Origin: Polyangiales bacterium
GTDB lineage: Bacteria; Myxococcota_A; Polyangia; Polyangiales; Polyangiaceae
Assembly: GCA_038231275.1 (NCBI GenBank)
Contig: JBBRLQ010000008.1
Coordinates: 96,001-160,000, forward strand
Reading direction: 5' to 3'
Length of the DNA: 64,000 nucleotides
Below are positions 31,351-42,424 of this stretch, one piece after another (the stretch's first letter is position 1; each line of letters starts with the position of its first letter). The notes under the pieces are model-generated. The model did not search any database and was not told the origin of the DNA. It saw only the letters and a list, made by a program, of their open reading frames with translations. Both the position numbers and the translations under genes were made by a program.

Positions 31351-34300
31351 GTGGAGCCTCTGATTTCCGTGACCCGCACGCAGGCCTTCGGCCGCTACGA
31401 GCTTCTCGACCGCATCAGCGCCGGCGGCATGGCCGAGGTCTTTCGCGCGCGTGATGTGCAGCGCGGCAGCGTGGTCGCGCTCAAACGAATTCTCCCGCAG
31501 GTCGCCGAGGACGAGGAGTTCATCGCGATGTTGAAGGACGAGGCCCGCATCTGCTCGAAGCTGGAGCATCCGCACATCGCGCGGACGCTCGACTTCGGCG
31601 ATGTCGACGGCGAATACTTCATCGCGTTCGAGTACGTGGACGGCCGCGACCTCCGCCAGATCTACGATCGCGCGGTCCGCGACAAGGCGGAGATTCCGCT
31701 CTCGTTCCTGCTCTACGTCTTCGCGCGCATCGGCGAGGGGCTTTCGTACGCGCATCACCGCAAGGAGGACGGCGAGACGATCTCGCTCGTTCACCGCGAC
31801 GTGAGCCCGCAGAACATCATCGTCAGCTTCAGCGGCGACGTGAAGCTCATCGACTTTGGCATCGCGAAGGCGCGCGGCAAGATGACGCGCACGCAGGCCG
31901 GTACGATCAAGGGCAAGTTCGGCTACATGAGCCCGGAGCAGGTGAAGGGCGTCGACATCGATCACCGCGCCGACATCTTCGCGCTCGGCGTCTGCATGTG
32001 GGAGATGCTCACGCGCGAGCGCCTCTTCCAAGCGGAGAACGAGCTGCAGGTGCTCGATCGCATCCGCACGATGAAGATCATCCCGCCGTCCGAGAAGAAC
32101 GCGCAGGTCTCGCCGGAGCTCGATCGCATCGTCTTGAAGGCGCTCGCGAAGGAGCCGACGGATCGGTACCGCGCCGCCAAGGATCTCTACCGCGACATCA
32201 ACGCGCTCCCGGAGAGCACCGCGACGCGCGATGAAGTTGCATATTACATGCGTCAGGCCTTCGCCGAGGCGGCGAAGGCATCCGTGCCGGAATCAGCAGA
32301 AAAGAGGCAGCCAGCGATGAATCGTGTGGACGGCGGGGACAGCGTGGGCCAAAAAGCCGCGCGGCAGGAGGCCTTGGTGATGTCAGCAACCGAGAACAAG
32401 GGATCGGACCTCGATATCTTCGAGGGACTTGGGAAGAAGGGTGCCGCCGTCGCGCAGCGCGTGTCGAGCGTCCCTGCCCCGCCCCGCTCGGGAGGCGGTC
32501 TTCCGCCGCCGCCGCTGAACGGAGCCGACATCGCGGCCGCGAAGCGCACGCTCGTCGGGATGGCGCCAGGCACGGCCGCCGCGAGCGCCGCGCCTGCGTC
32601 GAATGGTCCGCCGTCGCAGCCGGCCATGCGCGCCGCGCCGCCGCCCCCGCCGGGCCGCGGATCGCTTCCGAGCGTGAGCGCGCCGCCGTCGCGCCAAGGT
32701 GTGAGCGGCCCGCCGCCGCTCGTCCCCCCGCCGGCGCCGTCGACGCGTCCCGGTCCGCCGCCGCCGTCGGCGCGCGCCAAGAGCAAGGGTGGAGGCCCCG
32801 GTGGCCTCGACATGGAATGGGATGACGAGGACGAGGCCACGCACGTCTTCGACAAGAGCGAGTCCAAGGTGACGCCTGCGCCGGTGGCCGACACTCCGCC
32901 GCCGTCGTCGCGAATCGGTCGTCCACGCCCGAACGCGCTGCAGAACGGCAACGGCCTCGCGCCGCCGCCGCCGCCCCCGCCGCCGCCGAGCGCCGGAATG
33001 CGCGCGAGCTCGCCGCCGTCGCAGCCGGGCCTCCGCGCCGCGTCCCCGCAGAGCGGAATGGGACCGACCTCGCAGTCGCCGTTCCGTCCGTCCGCGCCGC
33101 CGCCGCCGCCCGCGAGCCAAGGCGCGTTCGCGCGCGCTTCTGGCGTCCCCGCGTCGGTGCCGCCGTCGTTCGGCGGCAGCACGACGCCGATGGGCATGCC
33201 CGGTCATCAAGTGACGACCGCGCCGCTCCCGATGCCGACGCCGCCCCCGCGCCAGTCGATGGGCGCGTCCGCCGTCGCGCAGCGCTCGATGGAAGCGACG
33301 GCGCTCGTTCGTCCGCAGCCGAGCCGCACCGGCCTTTGGGTCGCGCTCGGCGTGGCGTTCACCGCCGCGGTCGCCGGCGCCGTCTTCTTCCTCACGTCGC
33401 CGCGCACCGGGCGCGTCGTCGTCAACGTCAACGATCCGAAGGGCGTCGCGATCAACCGCGTCGAAATCTTCGTCGACGGCAAGAAGTGGTGCGACACGAC
33501 GCCGTGCGCGATCGATCCGGTTCCGGCCGGTGCGCACGAGGTCAAGGTCCTCGCGGACGGCTTCGAGGTCCCCGCGGCACGCGCGATCTCTGTCGAGGCG
33601 CGCAAGGAGTCGAGCCTGTCGTTCGCGCTGGCGCCCGCCGCCGGTCGCGGCGGCACGGGCGTCAAGGTCGCCGGCAACCAGCCCGGCGTGAAGCTCTTCG
33701 TCGACGATCGCGAGATCGGTCCGCTCCCCGCAGAGGTCCGTGACCTCGCCCCGGGCAGCCACCGCGTCCGCATCGTGGGCACCGACCGGTACGTGACGAT
33801 CGAGAAGAACGTCACCGTCGCGAAGGACGAGGTCCTCGACCTCGGTCCGCAGCAGCTCAAGGTCGTGAAGGGGAAGATCACCGTCACGCCGGGCACGCTC
33901 GGCGCGAAGGTCTACATCGTCTCCGGCGCCGATCGCCGCGAGCTGCCGATCCTGCCGATCTCGGTGGACATCGACACCTCCAAGTCGTGGCAGCTCGAGG
34001 CGAACCGCATCGGCTTCAACGACTACCGCCAGCCGGTCAGCTTCGACGACGGGCAGGCCGAGAAGACCTTCGTGGTCACGCTCGACCCGCGCGGCACGGT
34101 CGCGGCCAACTCGAACCCGACGCCGCAGCCCGTCACCGCGGGCGACCCGAAGCCGGCGCCGCAGCCGGTCGCCGCCGCGGACAGGCCGAGGCCGAAGCCG
34201 GCCCCCGCGCCGGATCCGACGCCGAAGCCCGAGGCCGCCGACCCCGCGCCGGCCGCCGGCGGGGACTCGTTCCTCGACATCAACTCGATCCCGGTCGCCA

Positions 34301-34479
34301 ACGTGCTCCTCGACGGCAAGCCCATCGGCACCACGCCGAAGCTGCACGTTCCGGTCACGCCGGGCGCCCACACGGTCGTCTTCGTCAACGCCGAGCAGGG
34401 GCTGAAGAAGAGCGTGTCCGTGCAGGTCGGCGCCGGCGAGACCAAGAAGGCCATCGCGAAGCTCCGGGCCACGGAGTAG
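31351..34479 (+). CDS. Ser/Thr protein kinase with long Pro-rich linker, TM helix and multiple periplasmic PEGA domains
   Basis: GGMAEVF, VALKRI, HRDVSPQN, DFG, YMSPE, TM helix, PEGA motifs (IFVDG, LFVDD...LAPGSH, VLLDG..IGTTP). Confidence 0.92.
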   Translation: MEPLISVTRTQAFGRYELLDRISAGGMAEVFRARDVQRGSVVALKRILPQVAEDEEFIAMLKDEARICSKLEHPHIARTLDFGDVDGEYFIAFEYVDGRDLRQIYDRAVRDKAEIPLSFLLYVFARIGEGLSYAHHRKEDGETISLVHRDVSPQNIIVSFSGDVKLIDFGIAKARGKMTRTQAGTIKGKFGYMSPEQVKGVDIDHRADIFALGVCMWEMLTRERLFQAENELQVLDRIRTMKIIPPSEKNAQVSPELDRIVLKALAKEPTDRYRAAKDLYRDINALPESTATRDEVAYYMRQAFAEAAKASVPESAEKRQPAMNRVDGGDSVGQKAARQEALVMSATENKGSDLDIFEGLGKKGAAVAQRVSSVPAPPRSGGGLPPPPLNGADIAAAKRTLVGMAPGTAAASAAPASNGPPSQPAMRAAPPPPPGRGSLPSVSAPPSRQGVSGPPPLVPPPAPSTRPGPPPPSARAKSKGGGPGGLDMEWDDEDEATHVFDKSESKVTPAPVADTPPPSSRIGRPRPNALQNGNGLAPPPPPPPPPSAGMRASSPPSQPGLRAASPQSGMGPTSQSPFRPSAPPPPPASQGAFARASGVPASVPPSFGGSTTPMGMPGHQVTTAPLPMPTPPPRQSMGASAVAQRSMEATALVRPQPSRTGLWVALGVAFTAAVAGAVFFLTSPRTGRVVVNVNDPKGVAINRVEIFVDGKKWCDTTPCAIDPVPAGAHEVKVLADGFEVPAARAISVEARKESSLSFALAPAAGRGGTGVKVAGNQPGVKLFVDDREIGPLPAEVRDLAPGSHRVRIVGTDRYVTIEKNVTVAKDEVLDLGPQQLKVVKGKITVTPGTLGAKVYIVSGADRRELPILPISVDIDTSKSWQLEANRIGFNDYRQPVSFDDGQAEKTFVVTLDPRGTVAANSNPTPQPVTAGDPKPAPQPVAAADRPRPKPAPAPDPTPKPEAADPAPAAGGDSFLDINSIPVANVLLDGKPIGTTPKLHVPVTPGAHTVVFVNAEQGLKKSVSVQVGAGETKKAIAKLRATE

Positions 34480-34492
34480 CCTTCTCGGCGGT

Positions 34493-35965
<1,473 letters not shown>

Positions 35966-36000
35966 CGCGCGACGCGACGAGGGTAGGCCCTGGTCGCACC

Positions 36001-36015
36001 TGACGAAAATTGTCA
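36001..36015. promoter_or_regulatory. Candidate upstream activator site for PilR
   Basis: TGAC-GAAAATT-GTCA dyad about 190 bp upstream of the sigma-54 promoter; related TGACGTAACTTTGT at 36130-36143. Confidence 0.4.
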
Positions 36016-36190
36016 CTCGCCGCCATCGCCATGGACGATTCACGGCGAAACCCGCGCCCACACGAGCGCCCCGCGGCCCTACCGAAGCGCACGCCGGACC
36101 CGGTCATTTCTAGGCTTTCCCCCCCGATATGACGTAACTTTGTGGCTCGCTGCGCGCTCGTCGCCCGCGGCCTGACCGAGAGGTTCCCCA

Positions 36191-36206
36191 TGGCACGACC
36201 GGTGCT
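36191..36206 (+). promoter_or_regulatory. Sigma-54 (-24/-12) promoter of the pilin genes
   Basis: TGGCACG-ACCG-GTGCT, GG-N10-GC, downstream of pilR and upstream of the pilins. Confidence 0.75.
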
Positions 36207-36219
36207 TAGTACTGCCCCT

Positions 36220-36879
36220 GTGAGAAGCCTTGGCCCCTGCCCGAATCGCGTCGCGCTTGCGCGGCGACGAAATCAAGCGGGCTTCACTCTCGTGGAGCTC
36301 GGGGCGGTCGTTACTATCGTGGGCATCCTCGCGGTGCTCGCCGTGGTCGGCTACCGGAAGATGATCACGGCGTCGCACAACGCCGAAGCCACGCACATGG
36401 TCAACGCGATCCGTACTGCGCAAGAGAACTACAAGGCCGAGACCGGCACGTACGCGGCGATCACGGGCACCGCAACGACGGCGCTCTCCATCACGAATGG
36501 CGGCGGCACCGACTGCTCGCAGCTCGCCGCCATGTATCCACTGGCGAGCCCGACGGCGGGCGTGGTCACCAAGACGGCGTGGGGCTTGGCGTGCACCGGC
36601 TCGCAGTGCCCGACCGCGGGCATCACCTGGGACTCGATCCCCATCCACGTCGATGGCCCGGTCATCTACGGGTACACGACCGTCGCCAACCTCGCCGGCA
36701 CCACGCCGGGCGCGCTCAGCATGCTTCGCAACGGCACCTACAGCCTCACGTTCCCCACGGCGACGACCGACTGGTTCGCGGTCGCCGCGTGCGGAGACCC
36801 TGACGGGGACAAGGTCTTCAGCGCCTACGTCTCCAGCTCGTTCTCCAACGAAATCTTCGCGTCCAACGAAGGCGAATGA
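36220..36879 (+). CDS. Type IV pilin-like protein 1 (Thr-rich)
   Basis: Basic leader RRRNQAG|FTLVEL, hydrophobic helix, Cys pairs, GDPDGD. Start uncertain; GTG 36220 was chosen because it lies downstream of the promoter. Confidence 0.85.
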   Translation: MRSLGPCPNRVALARRRNQAGFTLVELGAVVTIVGILAVLAVVGYRKMITASHNAEATHMVNAIRTAQENYKAETGTYAAITGTATTALSITNGGGTDCSQLAAMYPLASPTAGVVTKTAWGLACTGSQCPTAGITWDSIPIHVDGPVIYGYTTVANLAGTTPGALSMLRNGTYSLTFPTATTDWFAVAACGDPDGDKVFSAYVSSSFSNEIFASNEGE

Positions 36880-36978
36880 CCCAAAAGCTTGTGCGCTCGA
36901 AAAGGGGCCACGTTCCGACACCACAACACGAAGCTCCAGCGGCACACGTGGCCCACCGAGCGAAAGAAAGGACAGCAG

Positions 36979-37527
36979 ATGCGTAAGGTACTCTCTCTCA
37001 AGAAACGCGGATTCACGCTCGTCGAGCTCATGATCGTCGTCGCCATCGTCGGCGTGCTCGCCGTGCTCGCGATTTACGGCGTCCGTAAGTACATCGCGAA
37101 CTCGAAGACCACCGAGGCACGTAACTCGCTCGGTGAAATCAAGAACGACTCGGCGTCCGCGTTCGAGCGCGAGACCGGCGGCACGACCGTGCTCGCGGCC
37201 GGCAGCTCGACGACCCTCCTCCGCGCGCTTTGTCCGGGCGGCGCAAAGGTTCCGTCGGCCGGCGTCCCCGCGTCGTCGAAATACCAGTCCGCCAAGGGCG
37301 ACTGGGCCGACAACGCAGGCTGGCAGTGCCTGAAGTTCTCCCTCGAGCAGCCGCAGTACTTCCAGTACGAGTTCCTCAGCGGCGGCGGTACCACGAGCTA
37401 CATCGCCAGCGCGTACGGTGACCTCAACGGCGACACGATTCTCTCGACGTTCGCCGTCTCGGGCAACGTCCAGGCCGGCGCGCTCAACACGTCCCCGACC
37501 ATCCAGGAGACCAACCCGGAGGAGTAA
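36979..37527 (+). CDS. pilA: Type IVa pilin, probable major pilin
   Basis: AAAGGA RBS, MRKVLSLKKRG|FTLVELMIVVAIVGVLAVLAI, optimised-looking codons, followed by a terminator. Confidence 0.88.
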   Translation: MRKVLSLKKRGFTLVELMIVVAIVGVLAVLAIYGVRKYIANSKTTEARNSLGEIKNDSASAFERETGGTTVLAAGSSTTLLRALCPGGAKVPSAGVPASSKYQSAKGDWADNAGWQCLKFSLEQPQYFQYEFLSGGGTTSYIASAYGDLNGDTILSTFAVSGNVQAGALNTSPTIQETNPEE

Positions 37528-37548
37528 AACCCCCGGCTCGGTTCTTCG

Positions 37549-37593
37549 GCCTTGCCCCGTCGCACGAAGATGGGGCAAGGCTTTTTCCTTTTT
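37549..37593 (+). terminator. Rho-independent terminator after pilA
   Basis: GCCTTGCCCCGTC-loop-GATGGGGCAAGGC followed by TTTTTCCTTTTT. Confidence 0.88.
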
Positions 37594-37631
37594 GTGGACC
37601 TGGTGTGCGAGAGAGAGTGGCGGCCCCTTCG

Positions 37632-39389
37632 ATGAACACGCGCGACAAGGTGGAGCGATGGGCACCGCTCGTCGCCGGTCTTCTCTTCGTCATCCCGGTC
37701 CTGGCCGCGCGCTACCCGCCGATGACCGACCTCGCGCTGCACGAGGCCGTCGTCGCGGTGCTCCGCCACTTCGACGATCCGAAGTACTTCGCGCCTGGGC
37801 TCTACCGCTACAACCTCGGACACCCCAACCAGCTCTTTTATTTCATCGCGTGGCCGCTCTCCTACCTCGTTGGCACGAGCTGGGCGATGAAGCTCGTCGT
37901 CGCGGGAACGCAGATGGGGCTCTTCCTCGCCGGCGCGCGCTTGGCGCGGTACTTCGGCACGCCGCGCTGGACGGCGCTCCTCGTGGGCCTCTTGGGCCTC
38001 GGGTGGTTCTTTTATTGGGGTCTCATCGCGAACCTCCTGGGGCTTGCGATCTTCCTGACCGTGCTGCCGACCCTGGACCGCTTCGTCACGAGCCCGACTC
38101 CTCGGCGCGCCGCCGCGGCCTTCGGGATCTTGCTGCTGCTGTACGGGGCGCACGAGAGCCTCATGGTCTGCGCCGCGTTCATGATCGCGCTCTTCGCGCT
38201 CGGGCACCCCCTGCCCACGCGCGCGTTCGTGCTCCGCCTGGCGCCGCCGGTCGCGATGTTCGGCGTGACACTCCTCCAGATCTGGTGGGGGCAGCGACTC
38301 CGTGCACCCTACAACCAGGCGGTCGGCACCACGTTCGATCCGATCGGGTACAAAGTCTCGACCATCTCCGGCGTGCTCTTCGCGGGGTACGAGCCGTACG
38401 TCCGCAACCTCATGCTGCTCCTCGTACTGATGGCGATGGTGCTCCTCACCCTCGCGCGCTGGCGCGAGGAGCCCGCGGTACGGGGGCGGCCGAGGCGCGA
38501 GCTGTTCGTGCGGTTCCGGTTCGAGATCTTCGCGGCGAGCCTGTTCGCGCTCTACTTGACGATGCCGATGACCGTGAACGGCGCGACGCTCTTCTACCAG
38601 CGCTTCTTTCCGCCGTCGTACGCGATCCTCGCGGTTGCGCTCGCCCCGCGCGGGGCACCTTCGCCGGCGTGGCGAGTGCCGCGGCTCATTTGCCTGGTGG
38701 CGCCGCTCGCGTCGTTGGCGATCGCGTGGCCGAGCTTCGTCGAGTCGCACGTGATGGCGCGCGACATCGAGGCGCTCGCCGAGCTGACCGAGTACAACAG
38801 CGCGACCGCGCTCGTCGACGTCGGCACGACGCCGACCTTGCGCTTGTTCTCGGCGTCGACGTTCGAGGGGCACGTGCTCGCGATGCGCGGAGGGCGAACG
38901 CTGTTCGACTTCACGCGCTCGCCCATCGCGCCGGCGTTCATGAACCCCGCGTACGCGTGGGACGAGCCGTGGGGACGTCTCCAGTACAAGCCGATCTTCA
39001 TCAGGCCGGAGCACGACTGCGACTACTTCCGCTACGTGTACTTCCACTCCGCCGGCGCGGATCTGCACAGGCTGGCGATTGCCGCGATGGAGCCGGACGC
39101 GCGACTGGTCGGGACGCGCGGAGAGTGGTCGCTGTTCGAGTCAAAGCACCTGAAGCACGGCGTGCTCTCGCCCGATGGGCACCTCCCCTACCCGCGGCCG
39201 CATACGCTGCGGAAGAAGATGAAGGACGTTCTCCGCAAAGTGAACGGCGAGGCGATCCCCGCGGAGACTCCGCAGGAGCCGCCGCCTGGGTGGGTAGGGC
39301 AGCCGCTGGCGCTTCCTGATCCGGGGGACGATCCGGGTCCTCCCGAGGCCCTGCCCGACGGCGGAGTGACGGGCGGAGACGCCGGCTAG
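37632..39389 (+). CDS. Polytopic membrane protein, GT-C-fold glycosyltransferase-like
   Basis: About 10 or more TM segments, first-loop PPMTDLALH acidic motif, soluble C-terminal domain, immediately after pilA. Confidence 0.6.
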   Translation: MNTRDKVERWAPLVAGLLFVIPVLAARYPPMTDLALHEAVVAVLRHFDDPKYFAPGLYRYNLGHPNQLFYFIAWPLSYLVGTSWAMKLVVAGTQMGLFLAGARLARYFGTPRWTALLVGLLGLGWFFYWGLIANLLGLAIFLTVLPTLDRFVTSPTPRRAAAAFGILLLLYGAHESLMVCAAFMIALFALGHPLPTRAFVLRLAPPVAMFGVTLLQIWWGQRLRAPYNQAVGTTFDPIGYKVSTISGVLFAGYEPYVRNLMLLLVLMAMVLLTLARWREEPAVRGRPRRELFVRFRFEIFAASLFALYLTMPMTVNGATLFYQRFFPPSYAILAVALAPRGAPSPAWRVPRLICLVAPLASLAIAWPSFVESHVMARDIEALAELTEYNSATALVDVGTTPTLRLFSASTFEGHVLAMRGGRTLFDFTRSPIAPAFMNPAYAWDEPWGRLQYKPIFIRPEHDCDYFRYVYFHSAGADLHRLAIAAMEPDARLVGTRGEWSLFESKHLKHGVLSPDGHLPYPRPHTLRKKMKDVLRKVNGEAIPAETPQEPPPGWVGQPLALPDPGDDPGPPEALPDGGVTGGDAG

Positions 39390-39415
39390 TCGAGCCGTAG
39401 CCGAGGACCTAAGAA

Positions 39416-40300
39416 CTACCGAGCCTGCGCGAGCCGGCGGCGTGCTTGCGGAGAGCGCGGGCGCATGTCGACGACGAAGCCGTGCAGATGGGCAAGGCGC
39501 GGCATGAGGCGGGTCGTGCTCCCGTCGAAGCCGGGATGCCGGAGGAGCGCGGGGAGAAGCTCCTCGCGCCATCCCGGACCGCCGAAGTAGGGCCATTTTC
39601 GGCCGTCATAGACGAACGACTCCGCGAGGCGCGCGCCGTCTGCGTCGGCGGTGAATTGCACGTCGGACTTTTTCTGGCGAAACAGCTGCCGCGCGCGATC
39701 GGCGAGCGACTGGCCGGCGGAGACTTGGAGATCCGGCCACCACGGGCAGTCGAAGTACACGTGATCGGCGACGCGCCCGACCTCCCAGAGCGCCGGCGCG
39801 AGCACGTCGGTGCGCCACGTCTCGGGCGGCTCCATCCCGCGGATGCCACGCAGGCGCGCCGCCGTGCGGATCGCGGCGACCCCCCAGTTGTCGGGATTGC
39901 ACACCGTCACGACCAGGAGCTTCTTCGCGCGCGCGGCGAGCTCCTTCAAGTAGCTGCGCCAGTCGGGCGCGAGCGGGAGCGCGTGGTACGCGAGGACGAG
40001 ATCGGCGGCGGGAAGCCCCTCGAGCGACGTGGTCACGCGAACATCGACCTTCGCGCCAAGCGACGTGTACACGCCGCGCGCGAGGTCGGCCTTCGCTTCT
40101 TCGTCGACCGCGGAGGTGACGTGAACACCCTGCAGCGCGAGCCCCGCGCCGTGCACGCCGGCGATCCCGGCCATGCCGTCCAGCGGCCCCTCGAGCATCG
40201 ACCCGATCTCGTACGCCTTCGCCCAAGCATCGAGGCGCTGGTAGAAGCAGTATCGCTCGTACGCGCTGCCGAGGCCGCGATCGGCGGTGACGAGGCTCAT
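39416..40300 (-). CDS. Class I SAM-dependent methyltransferase-like protein
   Basis: MLEGPLDG motif-I-like segment, ADLVLAYHAL motif, ATGA overlap with the radical SAM gene. Confidence 0.5.
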   Translation of the reverse strand: MSLVTADRGLGSAYERYCFYQRLDAWAKAYEIGSMLEGPLDGMAGIAGVHGAGLALQGVHVTSAVDEEAKADLARGVYTSLGAKVDVRVTTSLEGLPAADLVLAYHALPLAPDWRSYLKELAARAKKLLVVTVCNPDNWGVAAIRTAARLRGIRGMEPPETWRTDVLAPALWEVGRVADHVYFDCPWWPDLQVSAGQSLADRARQLFRQKKSDVQFTADADGARLAESFVYDGRKWPYFGGPGWREELLPALLRHPGFDGSTTRLMPRLAHLHGFVVDMRPRSPQARRRLAQAR

Positions 40301-41415
40301 TTTTCGGCCGTTCCCGAAGTGCCTGCGTGGATCATGTTAGCGCCGACCCGCGCCAGCGTGACCGGATCGAGGAGCATGTTCGTGTAGCTCGCGTTCGCGA
40401 GCGGGCACGCGCACTCCTTGTTCTTGACGCTCTTGCGAAACGTCTCCGCGGTCTCTCCGAACCACACCGGCCGGAAATCGTAACCGTGGTCGCGGAGGTT
40501 CCCCATCGACTCCGCGCGCACGCAGCAGCCCCACAGATGCCCGTCCGGAGCGAGGTGCGCGCTCGCCCACCCCGCGTAGCAATCGATCACCTGACGCTTC
40601 TCCTCCAGCACCCGCGACGCGAGATCGTAGTACTCGAGGCGAAGCGACTCGACGAGGCGGGCGACCGGCTTGAGCGAGCGCTTGCTGGCGACGACGTTCT
40701 TAAGGTGCGCGACGGCGCGGCGGTAGTCCTGCGGATCCGGGGTGATGTCCTTGTGAAGGGTCTTCAGCTCGACGCGGTTCTCGGCGACCTCGGTGATGTA
40801 CGAGTCCGGATCGAAGACCCGCCGGATCTCGCGCTGGATCTCGGGGATGCGGTGGACGTTGAGCTTCGAGATGACCGTGTGAACGCCCATCACGATGTGG
40901 TCGTAGGTCTTTTGGAGATCGCGGATGAGACCCTTCACCTCGATCAGCTTCTCCCAGTTGTGATCGGCGCCGCGGATCTCGTCGTGCTTCTCGCCGATCT
41001 CGTCGACCGAGAGGTTCAGGACCAGGCTCGATCCGCGGGAAAAATGGGCAATTCTGGGGAGGAGCTGGTGGATGCGCTCGGTGATGACGCCGTTCATCGG
41101 GATGTTGATGATCGTCGGCTCGATCTGCGTGCGAATCAGGCGCACGATCTCGTCGAGATCTTTTCGCACGAACTGATCGCCGCCGGAGATGGTGACCCAG
41201 ATGGGCACCTTCTCGAGCGTCGGGAAGATGCGGCCGTACTCGTCGACCGAGAGATCATCGACCTTCTTCTGCCAGATGTCGCAGGTCGCGCAGCGGCTCG
41301 GGCAGCTGTAGGTGACGGACACCGTCAGGTTGATGGGCAGCTGGCGCGTGCGCCCGGTCGCGTGCTCGACGCGGTAGCCGGCGAGGCGGGCGAGGACCGG
41401 CAGCTTGCGCGACAT
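40297..41415 (-). CDS. Radical SAM protein with SPASM/Twitch domain
   Basis: CPSRCATC (CxxxCxxC), ISGGD, C-terminal CYAG...PDG..WGCC...GNL...CAC. Start ATG 41415 overlaps the GT stop (TAATG). Confidence 0.92.
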   Translation of the reverse strand: MSRKLPVLARLAGYRVEHATGRTRQLPINLTVSVTYSCPSRCATCDIWQKKVDDLSVDEYGRIFPTLEKVPIWVTISGGDQFVRKDLDEIVRLIRTQIEPTIINIPMNGVITERIHQLLPRIAHFSRGSSLVLNLSVDEIGEKHDEIRGADHNWEKLIEVKGLIRDLQKTYDHIVMGVHTVISKLNVHRIPEIQREIRRVFDPDSYITEVAENRVELKTLHKDITPDPQDYRRAVAHLKNVVASKRSLKPVARLVESLRLEYYDLASRVLEEKRQVIDCYAGWASAHLAPDGHLWGCCVRAESMGNLRDHGYDFRPVWFGETAETFRKSVKNKECACPLANASYTNMLLDPVTLARVGANMIHAGTSGTAEK

Positions 41416-42395
41416 TACTTTCGCGCCTCGTCGACCTGCGGAACCTTCGCGGCCGGCGGGATGCTCGGCGATGGGACGTGCGCGCCGGCGCCGGGCAGGA
41501 CCGAGAGGAGGCGCTTGGTGCTCCGGAGCTGCTTCCACGTGCGGTGCTTGCCGCCGAGGATGCGCGCGTCCACGAAGCCGGCGACGCGCGCGACGACCTC
41601 CGTAGCAATCGCGGCGCCGAGCGCGCGCTTTCCGAAGGCGTCCTGCTCCTGGAACATGTCGTACGCGACGCGCAGGAGCAGCGAGCGATCGAGCGTCGCC
41701 ACTTGGTAGCCGAACGCGAAATCGAGCCAATAATGGCCGCGCGCGATGCGGCGGCGCTGCTCGAAGTACTCGTCGAGGCGCTCCGGGCCGTGGTTCTGCA
41801 CGATCGCGTCGCCGGCGTACGCGAGCTCGTAGCCCTGGGAGCGCACGATGTCCTCGACCGACGCCTCGTCGACGACCGACAGCTCGCTCACGCGCTCGAT
41901 GAGCTTCGAGCGGAACGAGACGAGCTCGCCCATCTTGGGGTGAATCATCGCGACGCGGTGGTGCATCTCCCAGAGGAGCTGCACCATCTTGCCGACGGTG
42001 TCCTTTGCGGGGTTGTCGGGGATGGGGCGGGCGCCGACCATCCCGACGTCGGGGTTCGCCTCGTAGCAACGAACGAGCTTCTCCACCACGTCGGGCGCGA
42101 CGCGCAGATCGGCGCTGCAGATGACCGCGATGTCGGCGCGCGGGTTGCGGACGCGGAGGTACTCGTTGATCGCGGCGACCTTGCCGCCGCGGCGCTCTTG
42201 AACGTGGACGTGCACGCCGGGGCGGCCGCGGGCGACCTTGCGCGCGAGATCGGCGGTGTCGTCGGTGCATCCGCTCGCGACGACGACGATCTCCACGATC
42301 CGCGCGTGCTGCGTCTCCTGGTCGAGGAGCGACCGCAGAACGGTCCGGATGTTGGCCGACTCGTTGTGCGCCGGGACCAGGATGGAGACGAACAT
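41415..42395 (-). CDS. Glycosyltransferase family 2
   Basis: VSILVPAHNE, SGCTDDT, GKVAAIN, SAD, EQRRRIARG (QxxRW-like). Confidence 0.92.
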   Translation of the reverse strand: MFVSILVPAHNESANIRTVLRSLLDQETQHARIVEIVVVASGCTDDTADLARKVARGRPGVHVHVQERRGGKVAAINEYLRVRNPRADIAVICSADLRVAPDVVEKLVRCYEANPDVGMVGARPIPDNPAKDTVGKMVQLLWEMHHRVAMIHPKMGELVSFRSKLIERVSELSVVDEASVEDIVRSQGYELAYAGDAIVQNHGPERLDEYFEQRRRIARGHYWLDFAFGYQVATLDRSLLLRVAYDMFQEQDAFGKRALGAAIATEVVARVAGFVDARILGGKHRTWKQLRSTKRLLSVLPGAGAHVPSPSIPPAAKVPQVDEARK

Positions 42396-42424
42396 CTATC
42401 GAGATTTCCAACGAAGAAGATACC

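Noticed and set aside
36142-36219. Longer N-terminus for pilin 1 (and ORF-track extensions of many other genes)
   Set aside because: The extension overlaps the sigma-54 promoter. Other extensions overlap neighbouring genes or precede clear RBS or signal peptides.
40297-41415. Radical SAM/SPASM enzyme as a RiPP maturase
   Set aside because: No precursor peptide or RRE/PqqD domain is seen, and it is translationally coupled to a glycosyltransferase, so sugar tailoring is more parsimonious.
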